Counted from the stretch's first letter, positions 45,605 through 54,930 are shown. The stretch is DNA of 64,000 nt from a virus (IMGVR_UViG_3300045988_138996:165775-229774); one strand, 5' to 3'. Notes: a model not told the origin generated them from the letters alone. Made by a program: numbers and translations.

Positions 45605-45819
45605 ATTATGAAGAATACTATAATATTTGTAATTTTGCTCAAAAATTTTATGAAAACGATCCTGAGTTTTTACCGACAAATAATATTCTTGACATATGGA
45701 GAGCTCAGATAAAAAGACATAATGTTATCAGCGATGATTTTAATGCTTTATTCTATTATGAGTATATAATGTATTTAACAGGAATTCGTTCAGAATGTTT
45801 CAAACACAAAAAGAATTAA
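45601..45819 (+). CDS. Small protein, family B
   Basis: ATGA overlap. Ends FNALFYYEYIMYLTGIRSECFKHKKN. Confidence 0.6.
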   Translation: MNYEEYYNICNFAQKFYENDPEFLPTNNILDIWRAQIKRHNVISDDFNALFYYEYIMYLTGIRSECFKHKKN

Positions 45820-46244
45820 TTGCTAATTTATACTATAAAGGTTATAACCCCAATGTAGTGCTTTGTAATTTAAAACAAGATCGTATTATCCGATGTTGTT
45901 CTCGAAACGATCAAATTGCAAGTCCTAAAAATGGTATATATGTAATTAATTTTACGCTAGAAGATCGTCGTATACTTACTAAAAGAAAATATAGCATATT
46001 TAATTCTAAACAAATGGTTGTCAAATTCATTATTGATTGTAAAAATAAGAAAATTAATGAAATAGAATTCCGATATCGAACAGTAAATAATTCTGGTTAT
46101 ATGAAGAATTTTTCAAGTATCGATAATATAAATTATTTATTAGATCAGAATATATTAGTATATCGTAATTATATTATTGGTTTTTTGTTTACGAACTATA
46201 TCAAACAATCAATCGAAGACTTTAGTAAAAGATTTGAGGTGTAA
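45795..46244 (+). CDS. Hypothetical protein
   Basis: Long ORF overlapping the upstream end. Confidence 0.55.
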   Translation: MFQTQKELIANLYYKGYNPNVVLCNLKQDRIIRCCSRNDQIASPKNGIYVINFTLEDRRILTKRKYSIFNSKQMVVKFIIDCKNKKINEIEFRYRTVNNSGYMKNFSSIDNINYLLDQNILVYRNYIIGFLFTNYIKQSIEDFSKRFEV

Positions 46245-46310
46245 TTATGTTTAAAAAATTTGTCGATGAATTGCGTTGGTATATCGAACAATTATTAAAG
46301 GAAATTTAAT

Positions 46311-46529
46311 ATGAAGTATAAATTAATATTCAATAAGTTGAAGTTAGAATATATATGCGACTGTAATGATTTAACAAAAACTATCGATAGTATAATTATG
46401 AATCATCATGGAACTGTTAAGAATTGTCATATGCTTAATTATCAAATATATGGCAATGGCCATGGTAGTAATATCGAAGTATATTTTAATGGGACGTTAC
46501 TCGAAATTATCGAGGTATCGAAAGTATGA
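46311..46529 (+). CDS. Hypothetical protein
   Basis: aaaggaaa SD. Confidence 0.6.
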   Translation: MKYKLIFNKLKLEYICDCNDLTKTIDSIIMNHHGTVKNCHMLNYQIYGNGHGSNIEVYFNGTLLEIIEVSKV

Positions 46530-46921
46530 TCAATTGGTTTAATTGGTTGTATTCGATTCAACATTATAGTCCAATGGTTCGTCAAAAATCAGTCGTTAAA
46601 GATTATTCGACAATCTATTCTTTATTAAAAATAGAAGATACACCATTATTGATTACATTCTTTAGAGACTCTAATAGCGTTGATTTACAAATTATATTTT
46701 TTACATATGATCTTAATAGAAGAATTCGTGATTATTCTATTACATTATCAGCTTTTCCAAAAAGCAATAAATTATATTTAGTATATGCTATCGATAATCA
46801 TTTATTACATAATATATTTAATAAAATTATGTGTGAGCATTTAATCTATTATATGTACTTAGAGACAGATAAAGCGCGACAGTTAATTAACGAAGTACTA
46901 GAGGACTATAGAGATGAGTAA
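46526..46921 (+). CDS. Hypothetical protein
   Basis: ATGA overlap. Confidence 0.6.
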   Translation: MINWFNWLYSIQHYSPMVRQKSVVKDYSTIYSLLKIEDTPLLITFFRDSNSVDLQIIFFTYDLNRRIRDYSITLSAFPKSNKLYLVYAIDNHLLHNIFNKIMCEHLIYYMYLETDKARQLINEVLEDYRDE

Positions 46922-47150
46922 TTACGATAAAAGACCTTCGGCATTTTTTATGTATGCTAAAGATCATGATTTTCGTGAAATATTATCGAAATATATTTTA
47001 TATGATAATGATATCGAAAATAAAAATCCGACTGATCTTGTTATGGATTTGTATAACATGAGAGAGGAGCTAGATGTTTTAGAAGATGAACGAATAATTC
47101 GTGAATATCTAAAATTAGCAAAACTATTAAGGAAACTAGGACAATTATGA
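46914..47150 (+). CDS. Hypothetical protein
   Basis: Start overlaps the upstream end. Confidence 0.6.
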   Translation: MSNYDKRPSAFFMYAKDHDFREILSKYILYDNDIENKNPTDLVMDLYNMREELDVLEDERIIREYLKLAKLLRKLGQL

Positions 47151-47533
47151 ATTGGAGTACATTTGTCGAAGATTATAATGAATTAACTGCTTTGTCATTT
47201 GATCATTTATATCATTTTGGTAAAGAAGATGAAGATTTAGAAATATTTTTATTTCAGCATCCATATAGAATAAATTGGATTAAATATTATTATACATACG
47301 ATATAGATCATAATTACATTAATTTTCAGATCGATATAAAAACATCTGGGAAATATATTCGTTCTATTAATGTATATTTGTCAGAAGATGATAAATTAGA
47401 GTATTTATTAAGAGAAGATGATTTTTTTAATCGTAAAACATTATCTAATATAAATATTCATAAGACTATATTTTTATGGATATATTTTTTAATGCTTATA
47501 AATGGTTTTAATCATAAATTTGTGAGGTTATAA
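47147..47533 (+). CDS. Hypothetical protein
   Basis: ATGA overlap. Confidence 0.6.
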   Translation: MNWSTFVEDYNELTALSFDHLYHFGKEDEDLEIFLFQHPYRINWIKYYYTYDIDHNYINFQIDIKTSGKYIRSINVYLSEDDKLEYLLREDDFFNRKTLSNINIHKTIFLWIYFLMLINGFNHKFVRL

Positions 47534-47904
47534 TGAATTTATTTGATAAATCAAATAGTATTGCTTCTATTTTAGAACGCCATAAAGCTATTAATATTTT
47601 AGATGATATTACTGATATGGAAGTATATAATCATGATTTTAAAATTTATTTTTTAGTTGCTAAAACTATGTTATTGTTAAATAATACATTACCTGAAGTA
47701 TTATGTTTTAGCATTGAAGATGGTGACGATGTTATATATTTTGATCTATTCGTCGAAAAAGATGACGACGAAGATTATGATCCGGTATTTATTACGACTG
47801 AAACCGAAGATAATATTATGAATTATAATGATTCTTTAGAAATATTGTTCCCAGCTTTAATAGAATTAGCTTATTATAAACTAAAGGAACGAATGTTTAA
47901 CTAA
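47533..47904 (+). CDS. Hypothetical acidic protein
   Basis: TAATG overlap, gaggt SD. Confidence 0.6.
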   Translation: MNLFDKSNSIASILERHKAINILDDITDMEVYNHDFKIYFLVAKTMLLLNNTLPEVLCFSIEDGDDVIYFDLFVEKDDDEDYDPVFITTETEDNIMNYNDSLEILFPALIELAYYKLKERMFN

Positions 47905-47953
47905 TAAGTTAAATTAGGGTTGTCATTAATTTACCACCATTTACTTCACGGTC

Positions 47954-47971
47954 GGGCTCCGCCCCGAAATC
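47954..47971 (+). promoter_or_regulatory. Class A hairpin-GAAATC motif, copy g
   Basis: gggc-TCC-gccc then c-GAAATC. Followed by a ccaca..tgtgg hairpin and an AACGAAAGGA leader. 50 nt before ATG 48021. Confidence 0.7.
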
Positions 47972-48020
47972 TTCTCCACACTTTTCTAATGTGGTTTAGT
48001 CAAACGAAAGGAATATAATC

Positions 48021-48377
48021 ATGCAACAAGTAACATTCGAATCTAAAGAACAAGCTAAAGAATTTTTTAGTACATTAGGTGAAAATCTTAAAGCTAGCCA
48101 AAATAAGATTTTTGAATTTAGCGGTCAACAATGGAATTTTAATAGCACTCCAGAAGTGACACCTAAATTAATTAATGCTGTATTAGTATCTGAAAATAAT
48201 GTATTATATGTAACAGCTAATCTAAGTAACGATACAGTATATGCTGATATTGATTTAGAAGATAATATTTCTGGTTTTGGTTATAGCGAATTAGAAAAAT
48301 CTGTATTATTATCTAATTTAGTATATCGTATATTAGAAGATTATACTAAATTTATGTTCTGTAAAAATGAACGATAA
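48021..48377 (+). CDS. Hypothetical protein
   Basis: AACGAAAGGA leader/SD. Confidence 0.65.
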   Translation: MQQVTFESKEQAKEFFSTLGENLKASQNKIFEFSGQQWNFNSTPEVTPKLINAVLVSENNVLYVTANLSNDTVYADIDLEDNISGFGYSELEKSVLLSNLVYRILEDYTKFMFCKNER

Positions 48378-48750
48378 AACTAGCTTTGGTTTACTTAGTA
48401 CGATGTTTTTTAATATAAACTTTTTTCAGGCAAATATACCAAAACTATTAATTGGTGGACGATCTTTTGTATTCGATTTTGGTTATGATAATGAATCAAA
48501 TCTTATTATTAAAACTTGCGACGACTATATAAATAAACAAGTCATATATTTTAATATTAACGTGATGCGCGTCGATTCAATGACTCAGTATTCAGAAAAA
48601 GAATCGGATATATGTCTTTCAAATTTTATGTATCGTACAGTAATTCCGAGAAAAGTCCGTTCTGATTTTGATACATGCAAAATGTTTAATCAATTTAATT
48701 TATATGTACATTATATTATGTTTTCATTTAATTATATGTATTGGAGGTGA
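48367..48750 (+). CDS. Hypothetical protein
   Basis: Overlaps the upstream end. Confidence 0.55.
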   Translation: MNDKTSFGLLSTMFFNINFFQANIPKLLIGGRSFVFDFGYDNESNLIIKTCDDYINKQVIYFNINVMRVDSMTQYSEKESDICLSNFMYRTVIPRKVRSDFDTCKMFNQFNLYVHYIMFSFNYMYWR

Positions 48751-48754
48751 ATGT

Positions 48755-49039
48755 ATGATTAAACTAGGATTTGGATCTGATAAAGAGACACAAAACGTAT
48801 ATAATAGTTTAAAAAAATTTGCTGAAAAGGATATGTTTTCAGAATATTCTATTACAGACTTTGAAGAGAATAAGGCTCGTAATTCTTTTAGATTTACGAT
48901 TGTGTATGATGAAGATTATGTATATTCATATATGGTTTGGTACGAAGCTGGTATTTTAAATATCGAACCAGAAAAAGAAGATTACGTAGCAGAGGATATA
49001 GCATTTGTTCTATATCCGATTGCCGAAATGTTATTATAG
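48755..49039 (+). CDS. Hypothetical protein
   Basis: ggaggtga SD before ATG 48755 (the track's 48668 start overlaps the upstream gene). Confidence 0.6.
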   Translation: MIKLGFGSDKETQNVYNSLKKFAEKDMFSEYSITDFEENKARNSFRFTIVYDEDYVYSYMVWYEAGILNIEPEKEDYVAEDIAFVLYPIAEMLL

Positions 49040-49053
49040 AAAGGATAGTACAT

Positions 49054-49146
49054 ATGTTAGCTATATTATTTGTAATTTTTATGATGATTTATTTAGCTCT
49101 AGCCATTGGTGGTACATTAGCTGGCTGGGACAAGAAAGATAAATAA
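49054..49146 (+). CDS. 30-aa hydrophobic peptide
   Basis: aaagga SD. MLAILFVIFMMIYLALAIGGTLAGWDKKDK. Confidence 0.45.
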   Translation: MLAILFVIFMMIYLALAIGGTLAGWDKKDK

Positions 49147-49147
49147 T

Positions 49148-49381
49148 ATGGATCAGTTTTACTTAGATAGCATAGCTTTAATCGGATTCATGATAATATG
49201 GTTTATATTTGCAATAATTGTATATCTTTTACATACTGTATATAGAATATATAAAACAAAAAAAATATCAGATTCATTCGAATATGTATTTAAAATGCAT
49301 GCACGAATGTTTTGTAAATTTTATATCACAACAATGTTATTTTTTATATTTTGTGCTTTTCTTAAAAGTATAGTCGAATAG
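49148..49381 (+). CDS. Small two-pass membrane protein
   Basis: Two hydrophobic segments. Confidence 0.55.
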   Translation: MDQFYLDSIALIGFMIIWFIFAIIVYLLHTVYRIYKTKKISDSFEYVFKMHARMFCKFYITTMLFFIFCAFLKSIVE

Positions 49382-49382
49382 T

Positions 49383-49715
49383 ATGACATTACAAGATCTA
49401 TTAAAAAATATAAGGAATTATACGCTGCTAGAAAAAGAAGCTTATTGCTTATTTAAATGTCAAGATTTCTATATACATATGTTTCGTTTTGTTACTGATA
49501 ACAACTTAAGATTTTTAATAACTAAAAAAGACGATTTAGCTATAAATACACTAGAAATAATAGCAAAAAATAACGGTAATTTTTTTCATTGGCAAGGCGA
49601 AACAAGTTGGCTATACTATTATTATGAGCAATTACCTAACGTATGTACGTATCTAGCATATTTGTATTTATTTAGTTGTATAATAAAAATAAATGAAAGT
49701 AAAAATAGAAGATAA
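49383..49715 (+). CDS. Hypothetical protein with a Tyr-rich C-terminal region
   Basis: WLYYYYEQL...YLAYLYLFSCII. Confidence 0.55.
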   Translation: MTLQDLLKNIRNYTLLEKEAYCLFKCQDFYIHMFRFVTDNNLRFLITKKDDLAINTLEIIAKNNGNFFHWQGETSWLYYYYEQLPNVCTYLAYLYLFSCIIKINESKNRR

Positions 49716-50337
49716 AACATTTCTTAAACGATTCGAGGTTTTTCGAGAAGCTAATAATAATCGATTTACTATGAAGCGAAAAAAGTATCGAATCCGTCAA
49801 TATTACACTGACGAAGGATCTAGATACGAAGTATTTAGTCGAGGTAAACAGTATTTCGGATCTTTTAGAATTACTGAAAGTAGTCAGTATATGCATTCTA
49901 ACGATATTAGCGAAGAAAATATGCTGCTAATTATTAAAGGAATAAGCGATACAATATGCTCGTATCGCGTTCCTTTAAAATACGATGGTTATTCTTGTGC
50001 ATCGTATGTCGAAAAAGCGATGGACCGATTGCGTTTTAGCGATACTAATATTCATATCGGATATCATGATGTGCAATTTGAAGTTACTAGACTTAATAAT
50101 GTTGTCGGATATATTAAAACCGAAGCTAGAACAAATGCTATCGATGTATATAATATGCAGATGACATTACAGTATCAGTATTATGATGATGGTATGTATA
50201 TTTTCTATCATCAGTTATTAGAAAAAGGCAAAGATCATGCCATAAAAATATATTATAAATTTTTAATAGCAATATGTAATTTAATTGAATATCAATATAT
50301 TATTTGTTTAACAAGCGTAGAAAGAATACCGTTTTAA
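49693..50337 (+). CDS. Hypothetical protein
   Basis: 214-aa ORF. C-terminal IYYKFLIAICNLIEYQYIICL. Confidence 0.6.
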   Translation: MKVKIEDKTFLKRFEVFREANNNRFTMKRKKYRIRQYYTDEGSRYEVFSRGKQYFGSFRITESSQYMHSNDISEENMLLIIKGISDTICSYRVPLKYDGYSCASYVEKAMDRLRFSDTNIHIGYHDVQFEVTRLNNVVGYIKTEARTNAIDVYNMQMTLQYQYYDDGMYIFYHQLLEKGKDHAIKIYYKFLIAICNLIEYQYIICLTSVERIPF

Positions 50338-50346
50338 GAGGTGACT

Positions 50347-50646
50347 ATGGAAGAATATATTAGAATTACAGATTGGATGTTATGCCAACATTTTGAGATG
50401 TTGATTAATACGCATCGAATAACTGGTAAATTTAATATTTTAGATTTAGATAATGTAACGTGTGAAATTACATATGATAATGCATATCGTAGACTAAACC
50501 TATTAATTGACGAAGATAATTATTTTGTCAATGCTATTTACGATACCAATGTAAAAACATTGTACTGGTGTATCGGAAATAATATTTCGTTTAACGACTT
50601 TGAAAAAGTATTACAAGAGGCTAAATATGTTCGACCTGTCGTTTGA
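50347..50646 (+). CDS. Hypothetical protein
   Basis: aagagg SD. ATG 50347 (track GTG 50341 is an alternative). Confidence 0.6.
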   Translation: MEEYIRITDWMLCQHFEMLINTHRITGKFNILDLDNVTCEITYDNAYRRLNLLIDEDNYFVNAIYDTNVKTLYWCIGNNISFNDFEKVLQEAKYVRPVV

Positions 50647-50848
50647 GACTCTTGAGTTTTTAAAAATTATTCTTGATATTATTTTAGGATGCATATTAGG
50701 ATTTTTAATACATACCGTATTAACTAAATTTGTCGATAAAGTATTTGATGTATATAATAAAGACGGCGAAATTCATTTATTGTTTATGATATTGCCGTCT
50801 TGTTTTATTGTATTATTACTGTGGGGTATCGTTACATGGATGAGATGA
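50627..50848 (+). CDS. Small two-pass membrane protein
   Basis: agagg SD before ATG 50627. Confidence 0.5.
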   Translation: MFDLSFETLEFLKIILDIILGCILGFLIHTVLTKFVDKVFDVYNKDGEIHLLFMILPSCFIVLLLWGIVTWMR

Positions 50849-51102
50849 AACTTCAATTAGAAGTACTATATAAAATCTTAATGCTAGATTTTCATAAATT
50901 CTATCGTCGAGAAAAAGGATCGTATAACCTAACTATTAAAAAAGTAGGCGATGCCGTTATGGTTACTGTCGATTGGAACGAAAATAAAAACTTCGTAAAA
51001 TTTCAAATATATTGGGATTCTGAAGAGAAACATACAAGCTTTAGCTTTAATTTTGATACCGATAAAATTGACGCATTGTATATCGTAAAGGATTTATTAT
51101 AA
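50836..51102 (+). CDS. Hypothetical protein
   Basis: Start at 50836, or at 50845 with an ATGA overlap. Confidence 0.5.
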   Translation: MDEMKLQLEVLYKILMLDFHKFYRREKGSYNLTIKKVGDAVMVTVDWNENKNFVKFQIYWDSEEKHTSFSFNFDTDKIDALYIVKDLL

Positions 51103-51118
51103 GAAGGGAGATTTTTAT

Positions 51119-51403
51119 ATGGGAATGGTAAATGAAATCACAAATAAGTTAATTGGCATTAAAGGCCGTATCGCTTTTGAACATAAAGACTGTATTATCT
51201 ATATCGACAATTCTCGTAAAAAAGAAGTCGATAGCGGCGATATTCAGATCTTCAAGGATCGTAAACAAGTATATGACTTTTCTATTGCATATCCTTCTAA
51301 GGAATGCAAATCTAAGGGTATTTACAATAATACAAAAGATAAATTTATTAATAATATCGATTTAGAAAAATTACATGAGATTATTATGACGACAGACCTA
51401 TGA
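51119..51403 (+). CDS. Hypothetical protein
   Basis: aagggaga SD. Confidence 0.65.
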   Translation: MGMVNEITNKLIGIKGRIAFEHKDCIIYIDNSRKKEVDSGDIQIFKDRKQVYDFSIAYPSKECKSKGIYNNTKDKFINNIDLEKLHEIIMTTDL

Positions 51404-52047
51404 TTTTCTTAAAAGATAAATATCGAATTGTCTTAGATAAAAGAAACGTTACAACAATTCTTATTACAATATTAACAATAGCATTCTTTTTATTTTGTGA
51501 TATGAATTATGCTACTGATAATGGAAAACTGGCATTATATCAAACGCCAATATTAATTATCGTCGTAAGTATAATCACGATCGACATATTACCTAATAAG
51601 GTTAATCCGTTTCATATCGATTGTCTAATGACAGCTAAAGTTGACGAAAAACAAACTGAAGTAGTATTTAATATCTTTAAAAATATAATAAATCTTGTTC
51701 TTTGTGAAATTTTACATTATCCTAATATTCTTGAATTACGAATTAAAGATATTAATATCGGTCAATTAAAAAACGTAACATTAATGATCAGAGCTATTGG
51801 TTCTGTTGAATTCGGTAAAAGATCTGTCGACTTATTAATTTCAGTATATAATAATGATGTGGCTATTCCATTAGTATCATTTTCAATAATAATAACATCT
51901 GATATTCAGGATATATTAGATAGTATAACAGTAACGAAAAATTTAAATCAATGGAAAGATATTATCGTATTAGCTAAGACAGTAGAATATTATTTGATAA
52001 ATCATCAATATAAAGGGGCTATTAAAAATGAAGAAAGAGGATTTTAA
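51400..52047 (+). CDS. Membrane-anchored hypothetical protein
   Basis: ATGA overlap. Two N-terminal hydrophobic segments. Confidence 0.6.
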   Translation: MIFLKDKYRIVLDKRNVTTILITILTIAFFLFCDMNYATDNGKLALYQTPILIIVVSIITIDILPNKVNPFHIDCLMTAKVDEKQTEVVFNIFKNIINLVLCEILHYPNILELRIKDINIGQLKNVTLMIRAIGSVEFGKRSVDLLISVYNNDVAIPLVSFSIIITSDIQDILDSITVTKNLNQWKDIIVLAKTVEYYLINHQYKGAIKNEERGF

Positions 52048-52432
52048 ACAGCTATGCTGGTTATTTCGATTATTTTTAATAGCTATTAATACTGAATGTT
52101 ATCAGTCAAATGATTTTAAAATTGGCGAATTTAAATATGCTGTTAGATTAATAGCTGTTGAACATATCCTTCATGTCGAATTGTTAAAGAAAAATAATCC
52201 GGTCGTTGCTTCAATATCTGGTGTCGAATATTTACCACAGGAATCATTAAGTTATAACTTTAGAACAAACGATATATTAAACGATTATTTTGAATTATTC
52301 TTTAACGGCAGTAAGATTATTGAAGAAAATCTTAATATACTGTATAATATATCATATAATATATGTAATCCTGTAGAAATCATGAAAGGACTAGTTAATA
52401 ACAATGGTCGGAAGAATAAAATTTACTGGTAA
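52028..52432 (+). CDS. Hypothetical protein
   Basis: aaagggg SD region. Confidence 0.55.
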   Translation: MKKEDFKQLCWLFRLFLIAINTECYQSNDFKIGEFKYAVRLIAVEHILHVELLKKNNPVVASISGVEYLPQESLSYNFRTNDILNDYFELFFNGSKIIEENLNILYNISYNICNPVEIMKGLVNNNGRKNKIYW

Positions 52433-52727
52433 GCTAAGTACTATTAATAGAATTAATAATGAATTATTTTATACTGATATGTTCGCGGGCAATTGTATCG
52501 TCAAAGAAAAAATTCGTTGTGACAATATTTTAATGTTAACAATCGAAACTAATTACGATATTAATTCAGCATATTTAGTTTCCTTAAGCGACAAATACCA
52601 TGTTAATATCGAATATAGTATTAGCGATCATAAAAATCATATTAAACATAATGGTATTGTCGTATTTGAAAATAATAAAGCCGAAATAATCGAAGAGAAA
52701 AAATTTAACTATGAATCAAAAGCTTAG
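52404..52727 (+). CDS. Hypothetical protein
   Basis: Overlaps the upstream end. Confidence 0.5.
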   Translation: MVGRIKFTGKLSTINRINNELFYTDMFAGNCIVKEKIRCDNILMLTIETNYDINSAYLVSLSDKYHVNIEYSISDHKNHIKHNGIVVFENNKAEIIEEKKFNYESKA

Positions 52728-53175
52728 TCGACGTGTCTTTGCAGCAGTAAAAGATAATGTCTTAATAACATCTGAATGCCGATATTATGAATTTAATAGA
52801 CTCGATATTTCGGCAGCTAAAACAAATGTTAGGCTTACGTCTAAAGATACCGAAGAATCTAAAATGTTTAATAGTATAAAAACATTAATAGCACTTGTTA
52901 ATAAATACGATGAATTTAAACAAGCCGGTATGATTATATGGTTATTAGGATACTATAGTTTTATCTTAAATAAAGATTTAGACATAAAAAAACATTTTAA
53001 ATTATTTAAAGAAATTCAGACTATATATGCTCAACAACTTAATTTTGGTCCTAATGAAGTTCAGACTCAACGACTTAGAGAATCGTTAGAACAGGTAGCT
53101 AGTCGACTTAATGAACAAATTAATTTCTGGACCGATATTTATAGAAATCTTAACGAGAGGAATGGTGATCGATGA
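52711..53175 (+). CDS. Hypothetical protein
   Basis: Overlaps the upstream end. Confidence 0.55.
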   Translation: MNQKLSRRVFAAVKDNVLITSECRYYEFNRLDISAAKTNVRLTSKDTEESKMFNSIKTLIALVNKYDEFKQAGMIIWLLGYYSFILNKDLDIKKHFKLFKEIQTIYAQQLNFGPNEVQTQRLRESLEQVASRLNEQINFWTDIYRNLNERNGDR

Positions 53176-53849
53176 ACGGAAGTTTACGTAACTTATTTAA
53201 ACGTCATCGCCATAGTTTTAATCCAGAAAGCTTACTGCGTGACTTAAAAAAGAATAAAGAAAAAAAGAATTTATTTGACAAAGTTAAAGAAATGGAGGAG
53301 GCTAGAAAAGCAGAAGTGTTGGAACCAGAGCGTAACAACTATCCACAGTGTAAAGTTGATTTAGTCGCACAAATACAGCAAGAAATCGAAGAAGAAAATA
53401 CTCCGAATGAACCGGCGGACGATATTCAAGAAGTTTCTGTACACGCTGATTGTCCTACAATCGAAATTGATGATTGGACGACAGAAGATTTAGTACGTAC
53501 TATTCAGAAAAGTAAAGAAGCTATTAAACATATAATGCAAAATTACGAGTTCTGGAATAGCATGGTGAAGGAATGCGATCAAGCACTTGGCGATCTTCGA
53601 CATTTCGCTGAATTTTACGACGACGCTACACAAGAAGAAATTAATAAAGTTTATGAATTAATGACTGAATATAGTCGTAAGCGTCGTGTGTATAAAGATC
53701 GCGTCGAAATTTTTAAAGATTTGTTCGCCGGCAAGGCTAAGATGGAAAACACTTACGCTCCAATTAATCAAATGTTTAATAAATTTAACAAGATGAATAT
53801 CGAGCGTCAATATTCTCCACGCGTCCTTAAGGACTTGTTCGAGCGTTAG
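53172..53849 (+). CDS. Hypothetical acidic protein (225 aa)
   Basis: ATGA overlap, gagagga SD. Confidence 0.65.
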   Translation: MNGSLRNLFKRHRHSFNPESLLRDLKKNKEKKNLFDKVKEMEEARKAEVLEPERNNYPQCKVDLVAQIQQEIEEENTPNEPADDIQEVSVHADCPTIEIDDWTTEDLVRTIQKSKEAIKHIMQNYEFWNSMVKECDQALGDLRHFAEFYDDATQEEINKVYELMTEYSRKRRVYKDRVEIFKDLFAGKAKMENTYAPINQMFNKFNKMNIERQYSPRVLKDLFER

Positions 53850-53870
53850 TCACATTCTACATTATCTTTC

Positions 53871-53890
53871 GGGGACTTCGTCCCCGTTCT
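53871..53890 (+). terminator. Short GC hairpin, probable operon terminator
   Basis: ggggac-ttc-gtcccc; poor T-tract. Confidence 0.45.
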
Positions 53891-53895
53891 CATTC

Positions 53896-53913
53896 GGGCT
53901 CCGCCCCGAAATC
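53896..53913 (+). promoter_or_regulatory. Class A hairpin-GAAATC motif, copy h
   Basis: gggc-TCC-gccc then c-GAAATC. Followed by an agaagctat..atagcttct hairpin plus T9. 53 nt before ATG 53966. Confidence 0.7.
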
Positions 53914-53965
53914 ACTTCTGTGTCCTTTATAAGAAGCTATTATTAGATAGCTTCTTTTTTTTATT

Positions 53966-54292
53966 ATGAAAAATAATTATACAAATATTATAAGAAGAAT
54001 CTGTAGGGATGGTTTGCCTGAAAATTTTTATCATAATGCTCATGATAAAACTAGAATAAGATTATTTATGCGTGAATGGAGAATACATAAAGTATTTGCA
54101 AATACATTCGTAATATCTAACTTTAGTGTATATAATAACATGAACGATTATATAGAATTCGATTTTAAAAAATTTCAAATTTATAGACATTCAAAACTTT
54201 TTGATACGAGAAAAAATATCACTGATGATAATTCTTATCAGGCAGAATTATTACTTTTATGGTTAGTATATTTTTATTACGGGAGGTATTAA
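53966..54292 (+). CDS. Hypothetical protein with a Tyr-rich C-terminus
   Basis: Ends AELLLLWLVYFYYGRY. Confidence 0.55.
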   Translation: MKNNYTNIIRRICRDGLPENFYHNAHDKTRIRLFMREWRIHKVFANTFVISNFSVYNNMNDYIEFDFKKFQIYRHSKLFDTRKNITDDNSYQAELLLLWLVYFYYGRY

Positions 54293-54294
54293 AA

Positions 54295-54663
54295 ATGAAA
54301 TATTATCTTGAAATCGAGAGTGATATACATCACCCGACAGCAAAAGAAATTGCCGAGATTATCGGTATATATAATATAAGTAATCAGCCTCACGCTATGT
54401 TTGTACGAGCATACTTAGGACGTAGTACATTACAGTACTTAGGACGTAACGGTATGGTTCAAGTATTTAATAATTATTCAGCCATGCTGGCTCTAGCTAA
54501 CGATATGTATGAATATTGTAAGCGTGAAGGTATTAACGAAGTATATTATAGTTTAGATGACGGACGTGGATATAATTTAAAATTATTCAAAGGCCGTATT
54601 CGTACAGCTATTAATCGATTAGAAAATATGTGCAAAGGAATGATAGAAAATGAAACAAAATAA
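54295..54663 (+). CDS. Hypothetical protein
   Basis: gggagg SD before ATG 54295. Confidence 0.65.
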   Translation: MKYYLEIESDIHHPTAKEIAEIIGIYNISNQPHAMFVRAYLGRSTLQYLGRNGMVQVFNNYSAMLALANDMYEYCKREGINEVYYSLDDGRGYNLKLFKGRIRTAINRLENMCKGMIENETK

Positions 54664-54928
54664 TCAAGCAGAAATTTGTCGTAAAATTGGGATTATTATT
54701 GGTAGTTTATTAAATATCTGTGTAACATTAGTATTAGCATTGGTTAAAGCTGTATCTTCTGAAGCTAAAAACGTATCGAAGGGTTTCGACGAAGCAGAAG
54801 ACGTTAAATCTGTCGAAGAAATTAAGCCTGTCGAAGAAATTAAAGAAAACGACGAAGTCGATATCGATGCTGAAATCGAACGTCTTATGGCTTTAAAACA
54901 AGCTAAAAAAACTAATAAAGAAGACTAA
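54650..54928 (+). CDS. Membrane-anchored acidic repeat protein
   Basis: One TM helix, then the VKSVEEIKPVEEIKENDEV repeat. Confidence 0.55.
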   Translation: MKQNNQAEICRKIGIIIGSLLNICVTLVLALVKAVSSEAKNVSKGFDEAEDVKSVEEIKPVEEIKENDEVDIDAEIERLMALKQAKKTNKED

Positions 54929-54930
54929 TT

